The position numbers were made by a program, and so were the translations under genes. Of a DNA stretch of 64,000 nucleotides, positions 24,689-37,348 are shown piece after piece; position 1 is the first letter of the stretch, and every line of letters starts with the position of its first letter. The stretch is from contig CM069137.1 in NCBI GenBank assembly GCA_035221665.1, positions 54,250,001-54,314,000 of the forward strand, written 5' to 3'. The notes under the pieces are model-generated. The model saw only the letters and a list, made by a program, of their open reading frames with translations. It made no database searches and was not told the origin of the DNA. The stretch is from Okamejei kenojei. Lineage: Eukaryota.

Positions 24689-26039
24689 GTAAGAGATATG
24701 GTGTGGAATAGGACTGAAGATTGTTTTGAAGGCACCCTATTCAGAGTTAAAGTCGGCACTGTGAAATAGAAACCATGCTGAAAGAGTTAATATTATACAC
24801 ATCATTCATTAGGGGAGCATTAATATAATGGCTTTATATTGTTGTATAATTGTATCCATTTTATGGAAATTTGTAGTATGTATTTGTTTTTTTCTCAAGC
24901 ACTTTTATGAGGCTATTAATGCTTATAGTTTACTGACATTTAGGCATTTTATCAGGGAGGCATGCCAGACATTTGGCACTATCTTGACCAGCACATAATA
25001 GCCTTTGCTCCAACTGAATTAGGCATGGGATCTCGAGGGACTGCAGTTGGTGGATTCTGGAGCAAAAGATAAATTGTAGGAAAAACTCAGCAGTCAGGCA
25101 GCATCCATGGGGGCAGAGGGATGATTGACATTTTGGTTGATATCCTGCAGGAGGATGGTTGCAGGGTTTTGACCAAAACATTAATCTTCCTCGGCTTGGT
25201 CAGGTGCTCCTCCTCTGCAGCTGATTCCTCCCAGTGTAAGTTGTAGAGCCATCCATTACACAATTTACTTATGAGGGGGAAATGCTCAGGGATCAGCTGG
25301 ACTGATGGACCTTTGCTGTAAACTGACATGCTCTACCCAATTATATCAGAGAGAATAGGTCCAAGACAATAGTATGGCATGGAGCGAAACAAAGGGATGA
25401 TTTTAACCCAACAACACAGGGGTTATATCAATATAATTCTGCATTGTAATTGCTGTTTCCCATTGAATAGGTTGGGGTAAATACATCATTGTCAACCAAA
25501 GCCTCCAACCCCAGCTTCTCTGCCTTTTGATTTGTGCACATTTCTCATCTGCAAGGATTAAAGAAGTTGCTGGGCAAATTGGTGCACTCCTGCCTCTGAT
25601 TCAGAAGGTGAAATCGATGCTGGCTCCGGGAGGGGAGTTTATTTCGGCTGACGAGCTGGGTGGTCCACATTGGCCCAGAGATTCTAAACTGTGGTCAGAT
25701 TAAATTTAGGGATTTCCTCTGCGTCTTCACAGAGGTCTCTTCCCAGAGTCCTAATAAACCCATTGATGGCACTGTCCTGGAAAGTCTAGAGGCCATCACA
25801 GATAATTCACAGAACTAATGTTTCAATCCCATCCTTGCAGGTTGAGGATTTGAAGTAAGCAAATATTTTGTTGGTCAATACTTTGCATCAGACAAGTATT
25901 GGTTAACTAGCAATTTGAGTCCGTCAAATATTCGACCTACTTGAAAATAACAAGCTGACATTAGTAAAGTCACTGTGAACCTAGCCAATAGTTGTTAAAA
26001 TTTAACGGGATATACTGCAGCAAGCGACTGGTCTCTTAA

Positions 26040-26489
26040 AGGGCCTGTCCCACTTACGCGATTTTATCGGAGACTGCCGGCACCCGTCATAATCGCAGCA
26101 GGTCGCCGAAAATGTTCAACATGTTGAAAATCCAGCAGCGATCAGAAAAAGTGCGACTCTTTGGGCGTAAAAGCCTGAGACTTTCCACTATCTACAAGAC
26201 TTAAGTTGGGGTGTGATGGAACATTCTCCACATGCCTGGATGAATGTAGCTATAACAAACTCTCAAGAAGCTTGACACCATCCTTAAGAAGCTATCTCCT
26301 TGCTTGGCACCCCATGAGGCGACATGTCGCAGTGTGACGCCTGTATGGTCGTGAGTAGTTGCCCAATGAGTTGTACCTTTTTCTGGCCGCTGCTGGATTT
26401 TCAACATGTTGAAATTTTTCGGCGACCTGCTGCAACTATGACGGGTGCCTGCAGTCGCCGAAAAAAATTGCATGAGTGGGACAGGCCCT
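26040..26489. mobile_element. MITE / non-autonomous DNA transposon (PIF/Harbinger-like TIR)
   Basis: Termini AGGGCCTGTCCCACT...AGTGGGACAGGCCCT with imperfect inverted repeats of ~125 bp. Flanks are TAA/AAA-like. The superfamily assignment is tentative. Confidence 0.8.
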
Positions 26490-27182
26490 AAACGGCCTAA
26501 AGCGTTCTACTATCTACAAGACTTAAGTTGGGGTGTGATAGAACATTCTCCACATGCCTGGATGAATGTAGCTATGACAAACTCTCAAGAAGCTTGACAC
26601 CATCCAGAAGAAACTATCTCCTTGCTTGGCACCCCACTTGAATTGACTCATCCAGACTTTTCTGACTACACCACAAACCCATTACCTCACCTGGAAGGGT
26701 TCTAACAGGAAACACTGTGTGTCCATGTCCTCCAGAGATGCTGCCTGCCCGATGTGTTATTCCAGCACCATTTTGTTTTACTCAAGACTGCAGCATCTGC
26801 ACATCCTTGTGGATCCACCTCCTCCACTAAGATGCACAAGGATAGGAGGTGCACATGAATGAGTTGGCTTGGACTCTGTCCTGACTTGGAATTGTACTGA
26901 CATTCCTTCATCGTCGCTGAGTAAAATTCTTGGAATACCCAATAACATCCAAAACCCTGAGGTGAAATATGAAAAGGAATCTTCATGTCCTTAACTCTCC
27001 TCTGAAGCAAACCACTCCTTCAAACCACCATCTTCTCAGGCCAAGAGGGCTGGGCAATGCATGCATCGCCCTACATCTTTCAGCAAAGCCTGCAACTTAT
27101 TTTGCACAAGAAATTGCCAATTAAAAAAAATACGTTGTCATTCTGACTGGGCGTTGATTGTTTCTCTGCTTTCTTTCCTCAG

Positions 27183-27236
27183 GGTGATGCTGGATATGAC
27201 GGCCTTCCAGGTTGCATTGGGTCTCCTGGACATCCT
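27183..27236 (+). CDS. col6a1: COL6A1 exon 14 (Gly-X-Y, conserved helical Cys)
   Basis: cctcag| GDAGYDGLPGCIGSPGHP |gtaagt; 54 nt. Contains the single helical cysteine (human GLPGCKGSPG) used in collagen VI dimer assembly. Confidence 0.95.
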
Positions 27237-28849
27237 GTAAGTATGTTGCATGAAACTGTAATCTCTCTTATGGACGCATTTCAGATAGGCAGACAATCAG
27301 TGACCCCATTCCTTCTGATCGGTGCATCAGCGAGGCAATTGGAAAGCAAACCTCTTCAGCAGTGGCAATAAAGCTGATATGGCCTTTCGCTGCAGAGTTT
27401 GTGGAAAAGAGCTGACATCAGTGTGTTTAATCCTCCCTGTAGCAGAGAGTTTGGTTCCAAATTGTGGTAAAAAGTGGATGAAAAATTTCTAAATAGTATA
27501 GAAATAGACCATTTGGCCCAATGAGCCTGTGCCAACCTGCAAGCACCTATAAGAGCCCACTAAAATAATTCCGAACTTAATTACTTTTATTCTCCCCCAT
27601 TAACGCCCTTCTGGATTATATCAGAGAATATTTATAGCAATTAATCTATTGACTGGCACATTAGGAATTAGGATGTTGGAGGAATTCCCCCCCCGGAGGA
27701 ATCCCACACAGTCATGGGAAAAACATGCAACTCCAGAGACAGCACCAGAGGCCATAATTGAACCCAGGTATGTGGCATTGCAAGCAGCTGTTCTTCTAGC
27801 TGCACCACTGTGCCACCCAAAGTAACGAGGCACGCTATTGTGCCAAGACTCCTCAACAGTAATGCCAATCCCAAGGCACCTGCCTGAGGCCAGAGGTAGG
27901 CATTAAATATCAGCCTTACCAGCAATGGCCACACTGAGCCATTTAAACGAGAATGTGCCTTTACGCCGTGCAGTGGTGTTTGCGGAGTGGAGATAACCTA
28001 ACCTGCTTATTGTGAGTGAACCAGCCGCTGAGATGCTCGTAGGCAAAGCTATTATTGGCAGCAGGGCTGAATTTCTTTTTCAATCTTTAAAAAAAAATTC
28101 ACCTTTTGTTTATCTTATTCCCAAGACAAGAATAATTGCAGAAAATTTAGTGAAATACTTTGATCAAATTCTCAATTTTCCTTGTTTGTTCAATAATTCA
28201 ACCGCCTTAAGGCTCCAGTCCACCCTTTTCCTCCATCACCAAATGTGGACTATCCTATGTCATTGCAATTCTAGTGCTAGTGCCATACCAGAGGAGCAGT
28301 GACCGGTCAGTTATTGCGCACAGTTCCATGTGGGTGCCAAAATGTGGTCCAAAATGACAAGAATTAGGAGGTGAATTGACTATTTTTTGCACTGATCCTT
28401 AATTCTCAGAAGGATTAGCACTATCTTTTGCCACAAGCCTCCATACCCTCCAGACTCTCGCTGATGGAATTCTGCTTTGGAGAGTGTACCCTACAGCAAA
28501 TGCAAAATATTCACCAGAGGTTCCTCAGCTACTCTAGCTTTTAACCAAGATGCCTCTGTCCCCTCTTGTGTGAAGGATAGCAAATCCATTACTTGGACCT
28601 TGACCATTTTGGAGCTCAATTATCATCCAGAAACACATGGGAGTCTTTGGGCATTATGTGGGCATGCAAGCACCCAATGTATCCACTACCATTTAATATT
28701 ACTGTTAAAAATGAAATCAAAAATCCTTTCCTCACACTGTTGTGAGTGACCCAAAGAGAAATGTCACTGGGGCATGAAGTGCTAAAGTGTTTATATCCAT
28801 TTGGTTTAATTTGTGGATTGTAAAACTATCAGAAATGCTGAAGAAGTGC

Positions 28850-29410
28850 TTGACTAAGTATAGAAGTTGGGAGGTCATGTATGCAGTTGTATAAGACTTT
28901 GGTGAGGTCACTCTAAGACTTGGAGTATTGTGTTCAGTTCTGGGCTCCATGTTATAGGAAAGATATTGTTAGGATTGAAAGGGTTCAGAGAAGATTTTGA
29001 GTAGGCTGGGTCTCTATTCCTTGCAGGAGGATGAAAGGTGATCTTATAGAGGTGTATAAAATCATGAGAGGAATAAATCGGGTGGATGCACAGAATCTCT
29101 TGCCCAGAGAAGGGGAATCGAGGACCTGAGGACATAGATTCAAGGTGAAGGGGAAAACATTTAATAGGAATCTGAGGGATAACTTTTTCACACAAAGGGT
29201 GGTGGGTGTATGGAACAAGCTGCCAGAGTAGGTAATTGAGGCTGGGACTACCCCAACATTTAAGAAACAGTTAGACAGATTCATGGATAAGACAGGTTTG
29301 GAGGGATATGGACCAACGCAGGCAGATGGGCCGAGTGCAGCTGGGACATGTTGGCCAGTGTGGCCAAGTTGAAGCGAAGGGCCTGTTTCCACACTGTATG
29401 ACTCTATAAA
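28850..29410 (+). mobile_element. CR1-like (HER1-type) LINE 3' end
   Basis: Degenerate [17 protein letters not shown] and GDLIEVYKIMRG..SRT.GH.FK coding remnants; 3' end GAAGGGCCTGTTTCCACACTGTATGACTCTAT. Confidence 0.85.
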
Positions 29411-29774
29411 TGACCAGATAAATGACCAGATAAAAATTGATCTGTTCATCTGCTCATTGGCTGGGGTCTAATCTGCCTTGAAGATGGAGATGTCTGCTGA
29501 CCAATGGTAGGACGATAGGAGCAGGACATCTAGAAGCTGAAGCTGGTATGTTGAGACTTCCAGGGCTTTATTTGATCCAAGTTGGGCAACTTGATATGTG
29601 GTGGTTAACTTCAGAAGCATGGTTATAATGCTCTCTACTCTTGTATCATATACATTGTGTTGAAAAGCCTGCATCTGGCCATCTTATAGTAATACACATT
29701 GTGCTTCTGAGTTTTTTGTCATTTCACAACATTAGGGTTTGAATAAAGCCATGTGATTTGTTTCCCCTTTGTAG

Positions 29775-29837
29775 GGCAAACCGGGACCTCAAGGCCTCAA
29801 AGGAGATCCAGGTCCATTTGGACGAAAGGGAGAAAAG
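29775..29837 (+). CDS. col6a1: COL6A1 exon 15 (Gly-X-Y)
   Basis: ttgtag| GKPGPQGLKGDPGPFGRKGEK |gtaaga; 63 nt. Confidence 0.95.
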
Positions 29838-32054
29838 GTAAGACTCGATCCAGAGGGTGGCAAGTAAAGTAGGAGCTCACGTCAACCAATCTTCAGCCAG
29901 AGCTGCAGCGACCTAACCTCCAACCTCGCCCAGTTTTGGCCTATGTAATGTCCTGTCATTTAACTACCTCCTCCCTCGTGCTACCTCTGAAGGCAATGCT
30001 CGTTATCTGTCGAATGACTGATTTGGAGAATATGGTATTTGTAGAAAATGACACTGAGCGAAATATAAATGACATGATTTGATACGGGCAAGTCACACTT
30101 AATAATGCACCAACTTTACACAATGAATATGGGGAGTTGTTGTTCAGAGGTTTTTGAGTTTGTGGGGTCTGGGCAGTTCCAGTGGGACCTAAAAAGGCCC
30201 ACGTTGGTTTTTCAAATCTTAAGAAGGTCCTCTGGATTTTTAAAAACATTGAGCAAAATGGATGTTTAAAGAAGTTTAATAGAATGTGAGCCAACAGCCC
30301 ACAGGCTGTGATTACACAGGACTGGAGCAAGCCTCGTTAAATGCTGCAAGGAAACGATCTCCTTCTTGTTGGTGGTAGGTACCAGCTGTGGAGCCCTGCA
30401 GTGTTCTGTTGCGCGTCTATTAACCACTTACTGTTCTGAGGAACGTACAGATTGCATGGACCTCATTATTAAATGACCGACCCTTTGCCATAAAACCTGA
30501 ATCAAATGACAGAACAAGACAGATGAGGGGGGGACCTCATTGTAATGTACAGAATAGTGAAAGGCTTGGATAGAGTGGATGTGGAGAGGATGTTTCCACT
30601 GTGGGAGAGTCTAGGATTAAAGGTCATAGCCTCAGAATTAAAGGACTTTCTTTTAGGAAGGGGATGAGGAGGAATATTTTTAGTGTGAGGATGGAAAATC
30701 TGTGGAATTCTTTTGTTACAGAAGTCTGTGGATGGCCCAATTTGCTCCTATCACATGCCCTTATGGCCTTATGTGATGACACAGTGGACATAAAGTCCCC
30801 AAACATACATGGTCCTGCTGAGATTAACATGACAACACAATAGTGGTTGTTCTCTCACCTAATAATGCACAAATGAATAAGACTAATTCCTGCCATCCCA
30901 TCCACCAGCCCCCGACACGGCAATGTGCTTTGCTACATATCTTACAGCTTGCAATATGACCAGACCTCACTTGATCACAAACATCACGAATAGCAACAGT
31001 TAGAACAGTTGATGAGAGAAAAACTTGGCAGGGCAGGCAACATATATTGACTTGTAGCGTCAACTCTGTTCCTTTTGCTGCCTGACCTGCTGAGCATTTA
31101 AATGCATTTTCCATATTTCATCAGACAAGGTAACTTTGCCTTCACCTTGGTTTCAGCATGGCCCTTCCCATCAGCATATATGGGGGCAAGAATAGGCAGG
31201 AAGAGACTCGATGGCTGTGTATGGAAAATGGATATTAAATGTTGGTGGAACTCAGCGGGCCAGGCAGCATCTCTGGAGACAAAGAATAGGTGACATTTCA
31301 GGTTGGAGCCTTGCTTCAGCTCCGATGTCTGGGCACCTTGTGCACCAGAATATGTTTGACTACGGGCAGATAGGTTAGACAGTCACAATTTTTTCCCAGG
31401 ATGGAAATGCCAAATATGGAGAGCATAAGTTTAAGGTGCAAGGGAGAAAGTTTAAAGGAGATGTGCAGGGCAGGTTTTTACAAAGGGTGGTAGTTGCATG
31501 GGACATGTTGCCAGGGTATGGTGGAAGTAGATATAATTGTGATATAACCATATAACCATATAACCATATAACAATTACAGCACGGAGACAGGCCCTCTCG
31601 GCCCTTCCAGTCCGTGCCGACCATTTGTTTTCCCATAGTCCCATCTACCTGCACTCAGACCATACCCCTCCATTCCCTTCACGTGATATAATTATAAGAA
31701 TTAATTCATTTGGCATCATATTCAACACAGACATTCTGCACCATACATATGCCGTACAGTTTTATGTCAATTGGAAAGGTTAGCAGAATATGAGCCAAAT
31801 GCAGGCAAATAGGGCTAGCTCAGGAAAACACCATTGTTGGCAGGAACAGGTTGGAGGGCCTGTTTCCTTGCTGTATAACTCTGACTCTATGTCCTAGCCT
31901 CCAAGGAAAACGAGCAGATCAAAATCCACGGAAAAGGAAACATCTTCCGCTCACAATCTGTAATTCAGTTGGAAACAGCTTGGAAGACGACTGATGCAAA
32001 TAACATGTTGAATGCATGATTTTTGGAATACCAATTTATTTCATTTTTTCTTAG

Positions 32055-32117
32055 GCCGAGGCTGGCTTAGACGGAGAACCAGGACGAAGAGGACCGGTGG
32101 GGGAAACAGGAGATAAG
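32055..32117 (+). CDS. col6a1: COL6A1 exon 16 (Gly-X-Y, first triplet reads Ala)
   Basis: tcttag| AEAGLDGEPGRRGPVGETGDK |gtctgt; 63 nt. Confidence 0.9.
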
Positions 32118-33115
32118 GTCTGTGTCTGCTATTAATATAAGTGCATGCATTGTCAGTCCAGAGCCAGTCAATTTGTTCTGTTAACCATGGGCCCACGGCA
32201 GCGCCAAATTTCTTGTTTATCATTTTAGCCCATTAATCTCATCATGAAAGAGTAGAAAGTAGCTACTCAGGAGGTGCAGGTCGTCACTGGTGAGGGAAGA
32301 GGCTCTTCTGTAAGGCAAGAGACTGCACTGTAGCTGGTCAAATAGTGCTCAATGCTGGTAGCTGAGCCTGCAATTCAAAGCATTTGATTTCCCCCATAAA
32401 CTCAAATTAACCATTGTAGAATTCCCTGTGCACTCAATCAGTGTTTGGCATTAGGAATACGAGGTCAAACGCTACATGACATGGGGATCAGCTTCAAATA
32501 TTGAGAAAAATCTGAAGCACCAAAACTTTCATTTGTATGGTATCATTAATGCAGCGAGGAGCGCTCTGGAAACACTAACCAACAAAACAGTTGGCACTGA
32601 TTGAAGTAAGGAAACATTGGCTTGGGAGACCAAAGGTTTTATCCAAGTTGGTTTAAAAAATCCCGTAACAAAGGAGAGAGAACTAGAGAAGCAAGTATTT
32701 GGGCAGATACTGGTTATTTGGGCAGGGGTCAGGGCTTTGGCAGCTGAAGGCACCACTCATTGTGCAGCAATTAAATTTAGGGATGCTCAAGTAGTTTCCA
32801 GAATTGGAGAAGTTGAGATACCATGAAGGAGATTAGAGACTGAGTGGAGAAAGCAACAGGGATCCGGGTACATTAGTAGTAGTTTGATACTGAAGGCAAG
32901 TAATTCCACTAGAGGTTTACTGAGTGCTGTCTAGCAGGGATTGAATAAGATGACTGAGTAACAAGGAGTAAAAAATACCTCAGTCCAGTTTGTGATGATT
33001 TATTTCACTTTTGCTCTTGGATAATGGGAATTCTTCATTAGGAAGGGTGCTAAGATAGCAGTTCTTCTGCTGTGCTATTACCAACATTGATACATGGTTT
33101 TTGCATCTTTAACAG

Positions 33116-33169
33116 GGCAAACCTGGTGTTCAAGGAAGTGCCGGAGATCCTGGAGAAAGAGGTGATGAC
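33116..33169 (+). CDS. col6a1: COL6A1 exon 17 (Gly-X-Y, RGD)
   Basis: taacag| GKPGVQGSAGDPGERGDD |gtaagt; 54 nt. Confidence 0.93.
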
Positions 33170-34169
33170 GTAAGTCCTGTTCCCACTTGAAGAAACGTTG
33201 GAGATAAACAATAGGTCACGCAGCTCATAGAACCCATTCCATCAATGCTTTGAGATGACTGCTCAACCTTCCTAAATCAGTCGCCATATCCCATAATTTC
33301 CACGATCTATTGACCCAAACCTTCAATAAATCCAAAGATTAACATCCAGATACTTCCAATATTCACAATGCAATTTCTTCTCCACTCTATTCTGCATGGT
33401 CACGTGCTAAGATAATGCCTCTTCAAACTAGACTCATGTTTCACTGTGAATGCACAATCCATAGAAGCATCTTCAATACTTGGGGAACTTGGAAACAAGT
33501 ATGTCCCCATGGCAACCTATGGGTGTTGGTGGTTTGGTGGCCATGTTTACAATTGATAAAATATAATGTGCACAGCATAGATTAGGACCATTTATATAAA
33601 TAATCCATGGGCAGCATTGTCAGTAGGAGAAGGTTTAGTTTAATTGCCATCACTATACTAGGTGAGGGTTAAACTCTGGGTTGGTGACCAACATGGATAA
33701 TTGTCTCCAGATCCTCCAGTTGGCTAATCAATCAACCAGCTGGTGTAAAGATTTTTAAGATCACGGTTGTAAATTCAGGTTGGGCTATTAATTAGCTGTG
33801 TTTGCTTTCGCAACTCTGCGATGTTATCGAGGAACATGCAAATTAAAAGCAGGAGCAGGACACTTGGCCCCATGAGCCTGCTCCACATAAAAATAGATCA
33901 TGGATGTTCTGATTGTCCCTCATCTCCACATTGTCACTTGCAGTACCACAGTAACCTTGCATCCTACACAAACATGGAACTGTAGATGGTGGTTTACAAA
34001 AAGGACACAAGGTGCTGGGTCATGCAGCATCTCAGGAAAACATAGATGGGTGACGTTTCGAATTGGGACCCTTTTGTTGTCAATAGTCCTGATTCAACAT
34101 CCTCTTGTTTTCACAAATTGTCTATCTTGACATATTGTATTGTGTATCTTTATTATCATTTTTCCTGAG

Positions 34170-34637
34170 TACTTACATACCCAGAGGAAACGAAAAAACA
34201 TTGCTCAACCAGTGTCCATTCAGTGTGCGGTAAAAAATAAATAGAAATAAAAATAAAAATACATATATCATGAGTTCCAATCGGCAGCGGCATGACAATG
34301 GCTCTGCTTCAGTGTGTCCAGGTTGGTGGTTGGTGCGCGATACATTGGCAGGGGGCAAATCCGTTTATCAGTCTTATAGCCTGTGGGAAGAAGCTGAGGA
34401 GCATCCTGCTGGTTTTGCAGCTGATGCTCCTGTACTTCTTCCCAGATGGCAGGATGGAGAATATGTGATGCGATGGGTGGTAGGGGTCTTTGATGATGGA
34501 GACGGCTCTGCTGATACATCTCTTCCTGTATATGTCCAGCAGGAAAGGGAGTGGAGCACCAATAATCCTGCTGGCGGTCTTCACAATCCTGTCCAGTTGG
34601 TGCCGTTCGTACAGGATTGTGAAGACTGCCAGCATTG
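34170..34637 (-). mobile_element. Rex1/Babar-like LINE 3' fragment
   Basis: Minus ORF 34309-34635 LDRIVKTASRIIGAPLP...IIKDPYHPSHHIFSILPSGKKYRSI...SFFPQAIRLIN, the typical C-terminus of this clade's ORF. Confidence 0.8.
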
Positions 34638-34938
34638 AATTGAAGAAGAAAGTTTCAAAGACTCACAACTAATTGAAAGAAAATCTTTGTCTTAACTGCG
34701 GAAAACTGTAGTTTTCAACAGTTACCTCTTAGTTCAAGATTTTCCCTCACAATGAAACATCCTCTCACCTTCCACAATGTCAAGACACTTCAGATCTTGT
34801 TTGTTTCAATTAAGTCTTCCATCACCCTTCTAAACTCCAAGCCCAGTCTATTAAACCCATATTATTAATGGGACCAGTACAACACACAGAGCTCCAGATA
34901 TGGTCCCACCAATCACTTATAAAATCAAAGCATAACCT

Positions 34939-35033
34939 CTGAAGAAGGGTCTCGACCCGAAACGTCACCTATTCCTTTGCTCCATAGATGCTGCCTCACC
35001 CGCTGAGTTTCTCCAGCATTTTTGTCTACCTTC
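34939..35033 (+). mobile_element. Penelope pLTR-derived short insertion with hammerhead core, TSD-flanked
   Basis: CTGAAGA-A-GGGTC-TC-GACCC-GAAAC-GTC; direct repeat CATAACCTCT at 34931-34940 and 35034-35043. Confidence 0.8.
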
Positions 35034-35279
35034 CATAACCTCTCAATGTTCACATTCAATACCCCACACACTAAACAACAACATTCTGTACATCTTCCTA
35101 ATTCCTGTCGTTTGTAAATCGTGCAATACCAGGAATGGTAAAATAAAAAAATGAAGCATTTTCACTGGAGCATGTAGAACAATGACCTGCCAAGCATTCA
35201 CTCTCAACAGGGGAGGTTTTGCTTTACAGTTCTAAATGTGTATGAATTGCTTTTGAACACTGTTTACTTTTGTGCACAG

Positions 35280-35315
35280 GGACCTCCAGGAAATCATGGA
35301 AGCAAAGGTGAAGCG
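35280..35315 (+). CDS. col6a1: COL6A1 exon 18 (Gly-X-Y)
   Basis: gcacag| GPPGNHGSKGEA |gtaggt; 36 nt. Confidence 0.92.
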
Positions 35316-35752
35316 GTAGGTGTAATGGTTTTTCATGCATGGAAAGCAACTGTTTATCATATTTATTTATTTTCTTGCAAGATAGAAGATTGCCATTCAG
35401 CCCATCAAGTCTCTGCTGGCTTTCAGAGTAATCCCAACCATGCCTGCCCCACTTATTTTCTTGTTACTCTGTTATTCTTTCTCACCTCCTCGTGATTCTC
35501 CTCTGTCTGCCTTCTCCAATGTAAATTTGCAACAGCCATTTAATCTACCAAAACAGCTTTGGGATGTGGGAGAAAACTTAAGCACCAGGGGGAAATCTGT
35601 GCAGACTTGGGAGAACATGCAAACCTCATACAGACAGCACCAGAGGTCATTCGAACCTGGTCACCAGTGTACTGCCCATGTTTGAGCAAGAGTATCAACT
35701 TAGTGAATTCCTTGTATATGTATGAATAATTTTGAAACATGCATCATCTGCA

Positions 35753-35778
35753 ATATATAATATATATATATATATATA
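35753..35778. repeat. (TA)n microsatellite
   Basis: Alternating TA run. Confidence 0.9.
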
Positions 35779-36010
35779 ATGATTTATTAAAATTCCAAAT
35801 TATGTCTCTCTAATATCTTGTGCTGGCTGTAAGATGTTTGCATTATTCTACAGATTACCCTTAGAAACTCTTTAATTGACCGTTGCCCATTAAAAATTAA
35901 CCTAAATGTTTAATTACCATATGCACTGGGATTAGAACAATGAAAGTCCTACTTGCGACAGTTTTACAGGCATTAACACATCAAGACAACAAATAAGTAT
36001 CCAATAAACA

Positions 36011-36426
36011 GTAGGTAGGTCCCTCTCGGTCATGACTGACCATGGGTGATGCATCCTTTGCGGATGCAAGCATGGGCGATATCATATGGAGGACAGGCTG
36101 TTGCCCAGACAGGCTGTCCCCCCTCTCCACGTCGCTGATCGATCCAAAGGAACAGCAGGGCCATTACAGTTTGGCACCAGCACCGTCGCAGGAGCTGCCA
36201 GAGCGTAATTGTAGACAATGACAAACTGCCTTAGGGGCTCCGACTCCGGATTTTCTTGAGGTTTACTCCTGTAGCCTTTTCCATGACTGGATATGGCCCC
36301 AAGGCAGTGGAGTTTTCCCTCTCCTAGATTGACTGCCTTCCCAGGCTGGCGAGCCCCATCTGCCCGAGACTCGTGGGGGCGGGAGCGTCTACCTTCCCGT
36401 GCAGGTCTAGAGCACCTGCCCACTCC
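36011..36426 (-). mobile_element. Complete non-autonomous retroelement, probably RTE-derived, with 10-bp TSD
   Basis: TSD CCAATAAACA at 36001-36010 and 36427-36436. The minus-strand 3' tail is ACCTACCTAC. Internal GGCAGTCAATCTAGGAGAGGGAAAACTC resembles RTE 5'-UTR motifs (from recall). Confidence 0.65.
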
Positions 36427-37285
36427 CCAATAAACAATACAATAAATTACTGAACTTTCTTGATCTGAGGGAAGAACTGAACAGTGGAAGGAAAACTATT
36501 GAATACATACAATCAAAAGACTTTTGGTTCCTCTGGCACCATATTGCGTGTGTATCTGATGGACAAGATCTGCATTTCTGTAATGGCAATGAGGAACCCA
36601 CGATGTGCTTTTGCTAAATCTCTCTCAGTGTCAGCACATTTTAAACAACTCAATAAGGGCTCAAAAAAATCAACCAGAGATTTAATTTGAGATGATTTCT
36701 ATATATGGATAATTTGTACATTCAAATATGAGATGTATACTATGGTGATAACATGTGGAAGTGTTTTTATAGGGAATACATGCATGTACATGTGAGGTGT
36801 ATCGTATCATCGTAGTATACAAGCCCCAGTAATAAAAAGCATCCTTTCCTATTGTGTTTGATCATAAAATCTACCATCTAATAATTCACCTACTTAAACA
36901 TCAATAGACTGAAATTTAGTTGGAGCCAAGACTAGAGTCTGAGCATTTCTCCCACTTGTCCCAGGGATTATTCCATTCATGGGTAAATGTTCATTGTTCC
37001 ATCTGAACCTGTTACACCCCAGGCATGTGAGTGGCTTCCCAGGTTTCTCCGCAGATTTTGTTGGATTGTCCCAAGGTCATGGAAATCATCTACTATGGGT
37101 CACCTTGGTGATTCTAGGAACAGACTATGTGCTTCCACCTGTTTTGCACTGGGGAGGGGTGAAGGGAGTGGTGAGAGCATGTATTCATGGTCTTGTGTTG
37201 CTTTTGACAACATTTGTGCAAGATGGCCGCTGAGTCGTCCAGATACGTGCCTTCATAATCGTGATTTTCTTCTTCCATTTGCTAG

Positions 37286-37348
37286 GGTCCTCTCGGTGAG
37301 CCAGGACTACCCGGACCTCCAGGTACAAGAGGACTCAACGGACCCAAG
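37286..37348 (+). CDS. col6a1: COL6A1 exon 19 (Gly-X-Y)
   Basis: tgctag| GPLGEPGLPGPPGTRGLNGPK |gtaact; 63 nt. Confidence 0.93.

Noticed and set aside
31543-31572. ATAACCAT x4 repeat as a regulatory array
   Set aside because: It is the short tandem 3' tail of an antisense CR1-like fragment (31540-31680).
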